This document shows positions 48,743 to 62,655 of a DNA stretch of 64,000 bases, one piece after another. The stretch lies in the NCBI GenBank assembly GCA_030390025.1, contig JASTWF010000034.1, positions 2,232,001 to 2,296,000 of the forward strand, given 5' to 3'. The notes below the pieces were generated by a model. It was given only the letters and a program-made list of their open reading frames with translations, searched no databases and was not told the DNA's origin. Position numbers and translations under genes: made by a program. The DNA comes from Squalus acanthias. Taxonomy: Eukaryota. Position 1 is the first letter of the stretch. Each line of letters opens with the position of its first letter.

Positions 48743-50077
48743 CAAATATATCGCCGTTCTTTCATCGTCACTAGGTCAAAAGCTTGAAAATCCTTCAGTA
48801 ACAGTATTGTGGGAGCACCTTCACCACACGGACTGCAGCGGCTCAATATGAAGGCCCACCACTTTCACATGGGTAACTAGGGATGGGCAAATGATACCAA
48901 CCTTGACAGCGTCACCCCTAGCCTGAGAACAAACACATCGAAATAATAAAATAGGATTAAAATCAATGATTTTACAATTCATTGATTGAAACCAGATGAG
49001 GCCTGTGATCAGAGCGGGGCGTCAAGTACGATAAACAAATTGTCAACACCACTTGGATCTCCAATTCTATCGTTGTATGATTGATACTACTCACACTTTC
49101 CCAATTTCCCAATCATTAAAAAAGGTGCTTGATAAAGGATCACATATTACCAACATTGAAGCCCATGGGAATAAAGTGGCAGTGACAACAGTGAGTGGTG
49201 GGGGGTGTATCAGTATGTAAGAGAGAATTACATTGAGGGGTGTATCAGTGTGTTACAGTGAGGGGTGTGGGGTACATCAGAGTGTTACAATGAGGGGTGC
49301 GGGGTTTATCAGCGTGTTGTACGGAGGTGTGTGGGGTATATCAGAGAGTTACAGTGAGTTGTGTGGTGCATATCACAGTGTTCCCGTGAGGGGTGTGGGG
49401 TATATCAGTGTGTTACAGTGAGGGGTGTGGGGTATATCAGTGTGTTACACTGAGGGGTGTGGGGTTTATCAGCGTGTTGCAGCGAGGAATGTGGGGTATA
49501 TCAGAGAGTTACAGTGAGGTGTGTGGTGTATATCACCGTGTTACCGTGAGTGGTGTGGGGTATATCATAGTGTTACATTGATGGTGTTTGGGGTATATCT
49601 GTTTTACTGTGAGGGGTGTGGGGTATATCAGAGAGTTACAGTGAGGGGTGTGGGGTATATCAGTGTGTTACAGTGAGGGGTGTGGGGTATATCAGTGTTA
49701 GTGAGGGGTGTGGGGTACATCAGTGTTACAGTGAGGGGTGTGGGGTATATCAGTGTGTTACAGTGAGGGGTGTGGGGTATATCAGTGTTAGTGAGGGGTG
49801 TGGGGTACATCAGTTTTATAGTGAGGGGTGTGAGGTATATCAGTGTTACAGTGAGGGGTGTGGGGTATATCATAGTGTTACATTGAGGGGTGTGGGGAAT
49901 ACCAACATGTTGCACTGAGGTGTTTGATGTATATCATAGTGTTACCGTGAGTGGTGTGAGGTATATCATAGTGTTACATTGATGGTTTTGCGTATATCAA
50001 AGTGTTACAGCGAGATGTGTGTGGTATATTAGAGCATTACAGTGAGAGGTTTGGAATATGTAAGAGAGGATTAAAGA

Positions 50078-52842
50078 GCATAAGAACATAAGAAATAGGA
50101 GCAGGAGTAGGCCAATTGGCCCCTCATGGCTGATCTGCTCCTAACCGCTAATCTACTATCACAGAACCATCGCCTGAACCTAACAGAATTGGACACACGA
50201 AATAGGAGCAGGATCAGGCTACACGGCCCCTGTGCCGCTACGCTACCCACAGGGCCATGACCGATCCGAACCTAGACTCATGTCCAAATTCCTGCCCGCT
50301 CCCCGTAACCCTTAATCCCCTTTACTTCTAGGAAACTGTCTATTTCTGTTTTAAATTTATGTAATGATGTAGCTTCTACAGCTTTTGGGGCAGCATATTC
50401 CATGGACCTACCACCCTCTGAGTGAAGTAGCTCCTTCTCATCTCAGTTTTGAAAGAGCAGCCCCTTATTCGAAGACTATGCCCCCTAGTTCAAGTTTCAC
50501 CCATCATCGGGAACATCCTCCCCACATCCACCCGATCCAACCCCTTCATAATCTTATATGTTTCAATAAGATCACCTCTAATTCTTCTGATCTCCAATGA
50601 GTAGAGTCCCAATCGACCCAACCTCTCCTCATGTGTCCACCCCCTCATCCCCGGGATTAACCGAGGGAACCTGCTTTGTACTGACCCGAGAGCAAGTATG
50701 TCTTTTCTGAAGTATGGACACCAAAACTGTATGCAGTATTCCAGATGCGGTCTCACCAATACCTTGTACAACTGAAGCAATACCTCCCTATTTTTATATT
50801 CTATCACCCTAGCAATAAAAGCCAACATTCCAATGGCCTTCTTAATCACTTGCTGCAACTGCATACGAACCTTTTGAGATTCGTGCACCAGGACCCCCAG
50901 ATATCTTTTTACTTCAGTACTTTCCAGTTTCTTGCCATTAAGATAATAACTTGCTCGACTATTTTTCCTGCCAACGTGCATAACCTCACACTTTCCAGTA
51001 TTGTATTCCATCTGCCAAATCTCTGCCCACTTACTTATCCTGTCGATGTCCCCTTGCAGGTATTTTATGTCCTCCTCACTCACTACTTTCCCTCCCATCT
51101 TAGTATCATCTGCAAACTTTGATATGTTACACTCGGCCCCTCCTCCATATCGTTAATATAGATTGTAAAGAGTTGGGGACCCAGCACTGACCCCTGCGGA
51201 ACACCACTAGTTACTGATTGCCAGTCTGAGAATGAACCATTTATCCCAACTCTCTGCCTTCTGTTAGATAGCCAATCCTCTATCCATGCCAGAATATTAC
51301 CCCCAATCCTGTGATTTTTTACCTTAAGCAATAATCTTTTGTGTGGCACTTTGTCAAATGCCTTTTGGAAGTCTAAATACACCACATCCACTGGTTCCCC
51401 TTTATTCACCCTGTATGTTCAATCCTCAAAGAACTCCAGCAAATTTGTCAAACATGACTTCCCCTTCATAAAACCATGCTGACTTTGTCCTATTAAATTA
51501 TGATTATCCAAATGTCCCGTTACTGTCTCCTTAATAATGGACTCTAAAATTTTACCTACCACAGATGTTAGGCTAACCGGTCTATAGTTTCCAGCCTTCT
51601 GTCTACTGTCCTTTTTAAATAAGGGTGTTACATTAGCAGTTTTCCAGTCTGCCGGGATCTTTGCTGAGTCCAGGGAGTTTGGGAAAATGATTACCAATGC
51701 ATCCACAATCCCTACCGCCACTTCCCTCAAGACCCTAGGATGTAAGCCATCAGGCCCAGGTTATTTATCCGCCTTGAGTACTATTATTTTACCGAGTACC
51801 ATTTCCTTAGTGATTTTGATCGTGTTTAGCTCCTCCCCCCCATAGCCCCCTGTTTGTCCAGTGTTGGGATATTCTTAGTGTCCTCTACTGTAAAGACTGA
51901 TACAAAATATTCATTGTGTATTTGCCATCTCCATATTTCCCACCAGTGATATCCCGGTCTCATCCTCCAAGGGACCAACATTTACTTTAGCCACCCTTTT
52001 TCATTTTATATAACTATAAAAACTCTTACTTTCTGTTTTTATATTTTTTGCTAATTTACTTTCATAATCTATCTTCCCTTTCTTAATCAATCTTTTTGTT
52101 ATTTTTTGCTGTCTTTTAAAGTTTCCCCAATCCTCTATACTCCCACTAGATTTGGCCTTGTTTTTATCCGAATACTATCCTTAATTTCTTTACTTAGCCA
52201 CGGATGACTGTTTTTTCTTTTACACCCTTTTCTTCTCAGTGGAATATATATTTTTTGGAAGTTGTAAAATAACTCCTTAAATGTACACCACTGATCATGT
52301 ATCGTCTTACCCTTTAATCTATTTTCTCAATCCACTCTACTCAATTCCACTCGCATACCTTCATAGTCGCCTTTATTGAAGCTTAGCACGCTTGTTTGAG
52401 ATCCAACCTTCTCACCCTCTAATTGAATATGGAATTCAACCATGTTATGGTTACTCATTCCAAGGGGATTCCTTACTCGGACATTTTTAATTAATCCTGT
52501 CTCGTTGCACAGGACCAGATCTAAGGTTACTTGCCCCCTGGTCGGTTCAGTTACATACTGCTCAAGAAACCCATCCCTAATACACTCAATGAACTCATCC
52601 TCAAGGCAGCCCTGCCCAATTTGATTTGTCCAATTAATATGATAGTTAAAATCCCCCATAATTATATATGTTCCCTTATTACAAGCCTCAACTATTTCCT
52701 GATTGATACTCCGTCCAACAGAGTTGCAACTGTTCGGAGGCCTATAGACTACGCCCACTAGTGTTTTTTCCCCATTATTATTCCTTAACTCCACCCAAAC
52801 AGTTTCATTATCCTGATCTTTTGATCCAACATCATTTTTCTG
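50078..52842 (-). mobile_element. 5'-truncated CR1 ORF2, copy 2
   Basis: Matches 25735-28500. Confidence 0.92.
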
Positions 52843-54149
52843 TAATAGAGTGAAGGGGTATATCAGAGTGGTACAGTAAGGGATGTGTGGTGTATATGAG
52901 AGTGTTATAGTCAGGGGAGTGGGTTTACATCAAAGTGCTACAGTGAGGGGTGTGGGGTACATCCGGTTTATACAATGAGGTGTGTGGTGCATAACAGAGT
53001 GCTATAGTGAGGGGTGCGGGGTACATCACAGTAATACAATGAGCGGTGTTGTGTATAACAGAGTGTTACAGTGAGAGATGTGGTGTATAACAGAGTATTA
53101 CAATCAGGGCTGTGGGTTTATGTGAGTGTTTTACATTGATGGGTGTCGGGTATATCAGAGTGTTACAGCGAGGGGTATGGAGTATATCAGAGAGTGTTAC
53201 AGTGAGGGGCTTGGAGTAAAACGGTGTGCTGCAATGAGAGGTTTAATCACAGAAGAATGTAAGAAATAGGAGCAGGAGTAGGCCATTCGGCCCCTTGAGC
53301 CTGCTCCGCCATTCAATGAGATCATGGCTGATTTTCTCCCTCAATTCCATTCACCGGCCTTATCTCGATATCCCTTGATGCCCTTACTAGTCAGAAATCT
53401 ATCGACTTCTGTTTTGAATATTCCCAATGACTGAATCTCCACAGCCCTCTGGGGTAGAGAATTCGAAAGATTCACCACCCTGTGAAGAAATGTCTTTATT
53501 AGAGTTAGATATATTTCTTAAGGCTAAGGGGATGAAGGGATATGGGGAGAAAGCAGGGACAGGGTACTGAATTTGGATGATCAGCCATGATTGCATTGAA
53601 TGGCGGAGCAGGCTCGAGGGGCCGAAAGGCCTACTCCTGCTCAAATCTTCTATGTTTCTATGGGGCAAAAATTCAGTTGGTTGCGCCTCCCTTTAGCGCC
53701 TTAAGAGGGCGCTAATGGGACGCAAAGCCGCTAGCGCCCGGGCGCAGCGATGTTTGCGCCGCTCGGGAACTTAACTAAACATTGTGCGGCGGCGTTAAAC
53801 TTTACCGCTGCGACCACCTGCGCGCGCAGATTGTGACGTCATTCCATGGTGCAACGCCCTTGTGGCGCCCCGGAGCAGAAATTGAGTGGCGCCCCCTGCC
53901 TTACCGCCTGGCGCATCCAACGACCGGAAGACTGGAACGCTATCAATCGCTGTGGGGCTGGGGGGGCGCTATTTAAAGGGGGCCTCTTCCTGTCTTTTTC
54001 TGTGGTTGACATTTTTGCACCACTCGTTCTGAGAGAGAAAGAGAGACTTCTGCATTGAGTCAACGCTTTGTGAGGTAGTTTTGCCTACTGATCCTAACTT
54101 CGCTGGTACTTTGGTTGCTGTCCTTCATAACTTTGCTTGCAAAGAGACT

Positions 54150-55346
54150 ATGGGGGCTGCACTGAATGTGGGCGTTGTCCTGCTCCAGCTGAATCGGAGG
54201 ACACATAGACGCAGAGAGAGAGTGGCAATGATGGCCAGACGGAGGAGGGCCAACTGGCGTCTGTACAGGAGAGCTTACCCTCCCAGGGTATATCCTGAAC
54301 AGCTCTCCTACATTCATTTGTCTGAGGAGTTGTGTTTGCAATGGCTGCGATTCAGCAAGGAGGTGGTCACTGAGCTCTGCCACCTGCTGCAGCCAGATCT
54401 GCAGCCTCAACTGAGGTCCAGGACGTCTCTGACGGTAGCAGTGAAGGTCACAGTGGCTCTCAAGTTCTATGCTACTGGCTCATTTCAAGCTGCTGCTGGG
54501 GACCTCCCCAATATCTCCCAGTTCGCGGTGCATTGCTGCATCCGGCAGGTCACAAATGCCCTCTTTAAAAGGAGACGAGAGTTCATCTCTTTCCCCATGA
54601 CCCCAGACAAGCAACGTGACCGCGCTCTGGGCTTTGCGAGGATAGCGGGCTTCCCCATGGTGCAGGGCGCCATTGACTGCACGCATGTGGCTTTGCGTGC
54701 TCCACATGAGAATGCCGAGGATTTCCGGAACAGAAAGGGGTTCCATTCCTTGAATGTTCAGTTGGTCTGTGACCACAGACAGCTGATACTCGCTGTCAAT
54801 GCCCACTATCCTGGCAGCTGCCACGATGCTTTCATCCTGCGCCAGACTACTGTGGCAGAACTTTTCGAGGCACCGCATCAGCCAGTTGGTTGGCTTCTCG
54901 GGGACAAGGGGTATCCATTGAGCACCTGGCTGATGACACCGCTCCGTACGCTCAACACCCCTGCTGAGCTGCGGTACAACGAGAGCCATCAAGCTACCAG
55001 GAACATCATTGAGCGCACAATCGGCGTGCTGAAGCAACGGTTCCGCTGTCTCGACCATTCAGGAGGAGCCCTGCAGTACTCGCCTGAGCGAGTATCCAAC
55101 TTCGTAGTTGTGTGCTGCATGTTGCATAACATGGCAATCGTCAGGACCCAGCCAATGCCACCAGGCCTTGGAGCACCACCAGAGGAGGAGGAGGAAGAGG
55201 AGGAAGAGGACGAGGAGGATGATCATCAGCAGCACCAAGGCGGGAGGGCGGCCCACAATGGTGAAACTGCAAGGGTCGTCCGTCAACGGCTGATAGCAAG
55301 CCGCTTCTGGGGCCTCTGCTGTGGAAATGGCTTCTGCCATTGCTAA
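54150..55346 (+). CDS. Harbinger DDE transposase copy 2, 398 aa (stop-loss extension)
   Basis: Same catalytic motifs; TAG>TGG at 55308-55310 adds WGLCCGNGFCHC. Confidence 0.93.
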   Translation: MGAALNVGVVLLQLNRRTHRRRERVAMMARRRRANWRLYRRAYPPRVYPEQLSYIHLSEELCLQWLRFSKEVVTELCHLLQPDLQPQLRSRTSLTVAVKVTVALKFYATGSFQAAAGDLPNISQFAVHCCIRQVTNALFKRRREFISFPMTPDKQRDRALGFARIAGFPMVQGAIDCTHVALRAPHENAEDFRNRKGFHSLNVQLVCDHRQLILAVNAHYPGSCHDAFILRQTTVAELFEAPHQPVGWLLGDKGYPLSTWLMTPLRTLNTPAELRYNESHQATRNIIERTIGVLKQRFRCLDHSGGALQYSPERVSNFVVVCCMLHNMAIVRTQPMPPGLGAPPEEEEEEEEEDEEDDHQQHQGGRAAHNGETARVVRQRLIASRFWGLCCGNGFCHC

Positions 55347-55622
55347 CAACATCAATGAACCCAGCACGCAACCCCTAAGCCGGCCAAGGCACCAATGATT
55401 CCAAACACCAAACATGTATATTTTGAATACAAAAACGTATTTATTTTACAAACTCTGTGTGTGTCATTTCCTCATGACAAACTCATAGAAATAAACACAA
55501 AAAAACAGTCATTAACATAACTGGTTCTCACAACCTGGAGATAATGTCCAAAACACTAAACAAAAGTTGGACCACGAACCTCGGCCTTTAATAAAAAAAT
55601 GACCAGCATTTTGTCACACCTC

Positions 55623-57322
55623 CTACTTTTTGCCCTTCGAGGGTGATCTCCTTCCCTTGCACACTTCCCCCCTTCTAACCCTACTGCTCCTCCGTAATGG
55701 GACCTCAGTGGCTGCAGCAAGGCTGGTGGAAGGCTGCAGATTGTCAGACACTGACACTGCAGATGCCCCTGAAGGACGGCCTCGACCAGTTCTGGGCCTG
55801 GAGGGCCCGGCTGCAGACTGCACCAACTCTGCATGGGCGGCAGCAGTCTGTCCGACAGGCGGTGGCAAGTGCAGTGGAGAAGTGACAGTGTTGGCAGCAG
55901 GAATGCTGTCATCGTGAGAGAGGAAAGCAACTCCCTGCTCGCCCGACACACTGGCACTCCCACGGGGCAGCACTTCAGCATCCGGAGCAATCTGCTGGAG
56001 CACAGATTGCTGGCCTGCTGCGGCGCGGTGGGAGCCCCGGGGACCTGTGAACGAACCATCGAGGTTGGCAGCAGTCAGTGCTCGCGTGGCCTCAATCTTT
56101 AGTGTGGCATCCGCCTGTGCTACAGCGAAGTGCTCCACACTCCTTGCCAGTGACTCAATGCATTCGGGCACCCTTCCCACTGCACCCATGAGCTCAGTGT
56201 GCATGCCCACCGCCTGCGTGTTCATTTCTGCGATCAGCCGCTCCTCCTCTGCGTCCATTGCAGTAGGAGTCGCTGGCATACTCTCCCTCTGGGGAGAAGG
56301 CCCCCGTTCTTCCCTACCCCCATGGCGTTGCTGCAGCCCGCTGGGTCCTGGAGCTTCACCCTCATCAGACCCTTCCCCCCTGCTCCCCTCCAGGGAAGGC
56401 GTGTTCCCAGTGTGGGCATGGGCTTCCTCGGGAGAGGGTGGCACTGATGCTCCGGCTTCCTCTTCCTCCTCGGCTGCAGCTTCACTCCCACTGGCAGCTT
56501 CAGGGCCCGTCTCCTCAGCTGGTGAATCACCATCTGAAAGCAGGGAGGTACAAGAGTGACTTTAGCGTGTGGACAAGGTGGCAGTAAGGGAGGAATAAGT
56601 GCAGCGAGTTAGCAAGTTGGATTGAAAGTGTCAAAGGCTGGTGTTGTGAGGGACAAGTGGAAGGACAGAGGACAAAAAGGTGATGACCTTACCATTGCTG
56701 TCAAGAACGGGGTCGGCGTCTCCAGTGGCGACGGGCCCGATCACCCGGCTTGCCACAATCCTGTGGACGCGCTCCTCAAGATCGCTGAGGGGTTGCAGCT
56801 GAGGCCGCCCTCCACCTGTCCGTTGCTGCTGTCTCCTATTATGCGCCAGCTTGGCCTGCAAGAAAAAGGACAGCGTCTGAGTAAATATACAGCCATGGTC
56901 TTGCCTGATGTGCCTCCCAAAGGTGAATAGCCCTTACTGTATGCAAAGTGTGGAATGTGTGTGTGTGTTTCATGAAAGGGCCATAGGTGTTGGATGAGTG
57001 TTGTGCATTGGGGTTTTAAGACCCTCTGGCCATAGAGTGAGGTTGAGATGGAGGGATGGAGAGGTATTGAGAAAAAGCCACTCACCCGGACGACCCGAGT
57101 GAGGTCGTTGAACTTTTTGCGGCATTGAACATGGGTCCTGGGCACCATGCTCCTGGAGGAGACGCTCTGAGCCACCTCCCTCCACACTCTTCTGTACTCT
57201 CGTGGCAAAGGCCTCCTGCCACTCTCAGGGAAGATTATAGATCTTCTGCGCTCCACCGCGCCAACCAGAGCATCCAAGGCCCGCTCGGTGAGGCGCTGAG
57301 CTCGTTCTCTCACCCTCTCCAT
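55623..57322 (-). CDS. Harbinger Myb/SANT-like protein copy 2 (exons 57322-57086, 56855-56693, 56533-55623)
   Basis: Splice sites and frames are the same as in copy 1. Confidence 0.87.
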
Positions 57323-58827
57323 CCTTGGCAGCAAAATGGATTCACAGGTCTCTCCAGGCCGAGATTCAAGGCTGCAATGAGCAGGGTGTGGCTGGGGAGC
57401 AAGTTGGCCCCCTCGCTTTAAGAACTGGCCGGCGCCAGTGTGTCTGTGTTCCCTCGCTAACTGGCAGCACCTGCGCTGTGCTCGCGCGCTGAGTTAGCGC
57501 CTCACTGCTCGGCCTTTGCGCCTTAAGACAGGTGTGCAGCGCCTGATTTAGCGCTCCACTCACCTCCCGGGGCGGTAAAAGTGCAGTTTCCAATCAGTGG
57601 CGATAATTAGCACCAGGCACTAATTTTGGCGTCCAGACGATATTTGCGCCCCAAACGGGGCGCGACCTAATTATTCCCCCTATGTTTCTATGCATCTCAT
57701 CTCAGTCCTGAAAGGCCTACCCTTTATCATAAGTCTGTGGCCCCTGGTTCTAGACTCCCCAGCCAAGGGAAACATTCTCCCAGCATCCAACCTATCAAGC
57801 CCAGTAATAATTTTTAATGCTTCAATAAGATCCCCACTCATTCTTCTGATTTAAAGAGAATACAGGCCTAGTTCACTCAATCTCTTCTCATATGACTGTC
57901 CCGCCTTCCCAGGAATCAATCTCGTGAACCTTCGTTGCACTCCCTCTATGGCAAGTATATCCTTCCTTAGGTAAGGAGACCAAAATTGTACACAGTACCC
58001 GAGATGTGGTATCACCAAGGCCTATATAAAGGGAGCAAGACTTCTTTACTCCTGTACTCAAATCCTCTTGTAATGAAGGCCAGCACACCATTTGCCTTCC
58101 TTGGGGTATGTAAGAGAGTGTTAGAATCAGGAGTGTGGGGTATATCAGAGTATACAGTGAGGGGTGTGGTTTAGATCAGAGTGTTATAGTGAGGGGTGTG
58201 GGGTATATCAGATTATTATAGTGATTGGTGTGGAGTACATCAGAGTGTTACAGTGAGTGGTGTGGGGTATATCAGCGTATTGCAGTGAGGTGTGTGAGTT
58301 ATTTCAGAGTGTCACAGGTATGGGTGTGAGGTATATCAGTGGGTTACAGTGAGGGGTGTGGGGTACAGCCCCACCCAACATTCCAAGGGCAGGGACAGTG
58401 GGTTAGATAAAGAATAAAGCTCCCTCGACACTGCCCCACCAAACAGTCCCAGGGCAGGTACAGTGGGATAGATAGAGTAAAGCTCCCTCTACACTGCCCC
58501 ACCAAACACTCCCAGGGCAGGTACAGCACGGGTTAGGTACAGGTAAAGTTCCCTCCAATTTGGTTCATCAACACAACCAACTCTGATACATCATGTGTTC
58601 AATGCAGCGTACAGCTCCCTTGACACTACGCAATGAAGCACAACCAGCTCAGTTACAGCATGGGGTCAATACAGATTAAAGATCCCTCTACATGTAAGTG
58701 TTAAACACTCCCGGGTGAGGTACGGGCAAGGTTTATCTGCGAGTTAAGCTCCGCTCAACTTGCCACATCAAAGGCCGAGCCTGATGGCAGATGTTGAAGA
58801 GCTCCCAGTATCTGGTTAGACTCTCAC

Positions 58828-59347
58828 CTGGGCAGAATCCTGGACTGATGGGATTCTCAGTAAAGTTCCTCACCTTTCCAATCATTGTTGAAGCTTCCCG
58901 TTTTATCCCGTCTCCGACACGGGGATCTCGATCCCACCAGATCTGCTCTGTGAAACCAGCGACATTTCTCCAGTCCCAGTCAGTGAGGCGATGATTCGAC
59001 TTCTCTCTCTCCACCTTCCTGAGATATTGCTCACTCCCAGAGACTGTCAATAGAAAAATGATTCATATTAATCCCAGGTCCATTATCTGGAATACAGTGG
59101 GACTGTTTTTGTGACTGGGATTGTATCTAATTTAATTATATTTGCAACTAATGTGTGTTTGAATTACTTACATTAATATTAAATTGTCCCTTTCAGCCCT
59201 TTGCCCTGTTTATTGGGACTAAACTCACTGCCAGTGTCAGCTGTCACTCCAGCTCCTCCCACACTGACATCCCACTGATGGGCCGTAACCAGGGGCGGGG
59301 CTCTGTCTCCAGGTGACATCACACAGGAGCAAGGAGCCAATCAATCA
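58828..59347 (-). other. Putative promoter plus two 5' exons (copy A')
   Basis: Matches 34486-35005. Confidence 0.4.
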
Positions 59348-59406
59348 AAGAGCAGCCTGGAAAAATGTTAAAGCGGCCAAGCCCCTCCCAATCCCCCCGG
59401 GGCAGG

Positions 59407-62400
59407 TACATAACGAACATACGAATTAGGAGCAGGAGTCGGCCATTCGGTCCCTCAAGCCTGTTCCGCCATTCAATAAGATCATGGCTGATCTGATTAC
59501 TCCACATTCCCGTCCAACCCCCGATAACCTTTCACCCCCTTGCTTACCAAGAATCTATCTACGTCCGCCTTAAAAATATTCAAAGACTCTGCTTCCACCG
59601 CCCTCTGAGGAATAGAGTTCCAAAGACTCACGACCCTCTGAGAAAAAACATTCTCCTCATCTCTATCGAAAATAGGCGCTCCATTATCTTTAAACAGTGA
59701 CCCCTCATTCTAGATTCTCCCACAAGAGGAAACATCCTCTCCGCATCCACCCTGTCAAGACCCCTCAGGATCTTATAGGTTTCAATCAAGTCACCTCTTA
59801 CTCTTCTAAACTCCAGTGGATACAAGCCTAGCCTGCCCAACCTTTCCTCATAAGACAACCCGCCCATTCCAGGTATTAGTCTAGTAAACCTTCTCTGAAC
59901 TGCTTCCAACGCATTTACATCCTTCCTTAGATAAGGAGACCAATACTGTACTCAGTACTCCAGATGTGGTCTCACCAATGCCCTCTATAACTGAAGCATA
60001 AACTCCCTACTTTTGTATTCAATTCCCCTCGCAATAAACGTTAACATTCTATTAGCTGTCCTAATTACTCGCAGTACCTGCATACTAACCTTTTGTGATT
60101 CATGCACTAGGACACCCAGAACCCTCTGAATCTCAAAGCTCTGCAATCTCTCACTATTTAGATAATATGCTTATTTTTTATTTTTCCTGCCAAAATGCAC
60201 AATTGCACATTTTCACAAATTATACTCTATTTGCCAGATCTTTGCCCAGTCACTTAACCTATTCAGATACCTTTCTAGCCACCATATGTCCTCTTCACAA
60301 TTTACTTTCCTACCTATCTTTTTGTCATAAGCAAATTTAGCAACCATACCTTCGGTCCCTTCATCCAAGACATTTATATAAATTGTAAAAAGTTGAGGCC
60401 CCAGCATTATCCCTGTGGCACACTACACATTACATTTGCTAAGCAGAAAATGACCCATTTATGCCTACACTCTGTTTCCGGTTAGCTAGCCAATCTTCTA
60501 TCCATGCCAATATGTTACCCCCTACACCATGAGCTTTTATTTTCCGAAATAACCTTTGATGTGGCACCTTATCAAATGCCTTCTGGAATTCTAAGTACAG
60601 TACATCCACCGGTTCCCCTTTATCCACAGCACATGTTACTTCCTCAAAGAACTCCAATAAATTGGTTAAACATGATTTCCCTTTCACAAAACCATGCTGA
60701 CTCTGCCTGATTACCTTGAACTTTTACAAGTGCCCTGCTATAACGTCTTTAATAATAGTTTCTAGCATCTTCCCTAAGACAGGTGTTAAGCTAACTGGCC
60801 TGTAGTTTCCTGCTTTCTGTCTCCCTCCCTTTTTGAATAAAGGAGTTACAATCGCTATTTTCTAATCTAATGGAACCTTCCCCGAATCTAGGGAATTTTG
60901 GAAAATTAAAACCAACGCATCAACTATCTCACTAGCTACTTCTTTTAAGACCCTAGGATGAAGTCCATCAGGACTCGGGGACTTGTCAGCCCGCATCTCC
61001 AACAGTTTCCTCATTACTACTTCCCTGGTGATTGTAATTTTCCTGACTTCCTCCCTCCCTTCCATTTCCTGATTTACAGCTGTTTCTGGATGTTACTTGT
61101 ATCCTCTATAGTGAAGACCGATGCAAAATACCTGTTCAATTCAACTGCCATCTCCTTATTTTCCATTATTAATTCCCCAGACTCACTTTTTATAGCACCA
61201 ACGCTCCCTTTGTGAACTCTTTTCTTTTTCGAATATCGATAGAAACTCTTACTATCTGTTTTTATATTTCTAGCTAGCTTTCTCTCGTACTCTAATTTTT
61301 CTCTCCTTATTAATCTTTTAGTAATTCGTTGCTGTTTGTTTATATTCTGTCCAATCTTCTGACCTGCCACCCATCTTTGCACAATTATATGCTTTATCTT
61401 TAAGTTTGATACTATCTTTAACTTTTTTAGTTAACCACGGATGGTGGGTCCTCCCCTTGGTATTTTCCTTTCTCGTTGGAATGGATCTATTCTGTGTATT
61501 CTGAAATATCCCATTAAATGTCTGCCACTGCAGCTCTATTGACCTATCGCTTACTCTAGTTTGCCAGTTCACTTTAGCTAGCTCTGCTATCATGCCCTCA
61601 TAATTGCCCTTATTTAAGTTAAAAAAACTAGTCTTGGACCAACTCTTCTCTCCCTCAAACTGAATGTAACATTCAATCATATTATGATCGCTGCGACCTA
61701 GGGGCACCTTCACTATGTGGTCATTAATTAATCTTATCTTGTTTCACAATACCAGGTCTACTATAGCCTGCTCTCTGGTTGGCTCCAGAACGTGTTCTAA
61801 GAAACTGTCCCAAAAACATTCTATGAACTCCTCATCTAGGCAACCTTTGCCCATCTGATTTTTCCATCTATATGTAGATTAAAATCCCCCATGATTATTT
61901 CCGTACCTTTCTGACAAGCTCCCATTATTTCTTCCTTGATACTCCATCCTAACGTGTGGTTACTGTTAGGGGGCCTGTACACCACTTCCACAAGTGACTT
62001 CTTGCCTTCATCATTTCTCATCTCTACCCAAACCGCTTCTGCATCCTGGTTTCCTGAACTTTAGTCATCCCTCTATTGCGCTAATACCATTATTAATTTA
62101 CAGAGCCACCCCTCCACTTTTTCCTAAATATCATGTACCCTTCAATATTCAGGTCCCAATGTTTGTCATCCTGCAGCCATGTCTCTGTAATAGCTATCAG
62201 ATTGTACTTATTTAATTCTATTTACGCCATCAGTTCATCTGTTTTGTTTCGAATGCTTCGTGCATTCAGATACAGAGCCTTTAGTTTTGTCCTTTTGTTA
62301 TTTTTGTAACCTTTAGCCTTATCTGTTGATTTACTCTTAGATTTGTACTCTCTATCCCTTCCCGTCTCGGTCTGCTTATCATTTCCCATGTTAATACCTT

Positions 62401-62653
62401 TCTCTCTTGTCTTGTTTCTACTCTTTGATTTACCACATCTTCCCAGATTTGATCCCTGGCCCCCAATATTTAGTTGAAAGCCCTCTCTACCGCCCTAGTT
62501 ATATGACTCGCCAGAACACTGGTCCCAGCACGGTTCAGGTGAAGACCAACCCAACGGTACAGTTCCCACTTTCCCCAGTACTGGTGCTAGTGCCCCAGGA
62601 AGCGAAACCAATTTCTCCCATACCAGTCTTTGAGCTACGCATTCATCTCTCTA
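59407..62653 (-). mobile_element. CR1 LINE, copy 2
   Basis: Matches 35065-38312. Confidence 0.92.
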
Positions 62654-62655
62654 AT

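Larger units (their letters stand above)
53662..57680 (+). mobile_element. Full-length PIF/Harbinger transposon (copy 2, 4019 bp)
   Basis: Same TIRs, TAT flanks and surrounding DNA as copy 1. Confidence 0.95.

Noticed and set aside
53662..57680. Second Harbinger as evidence of recent transposition
   Set aside because: Its flanks match copy 1 over many kb, so it came from the segmental duplication.
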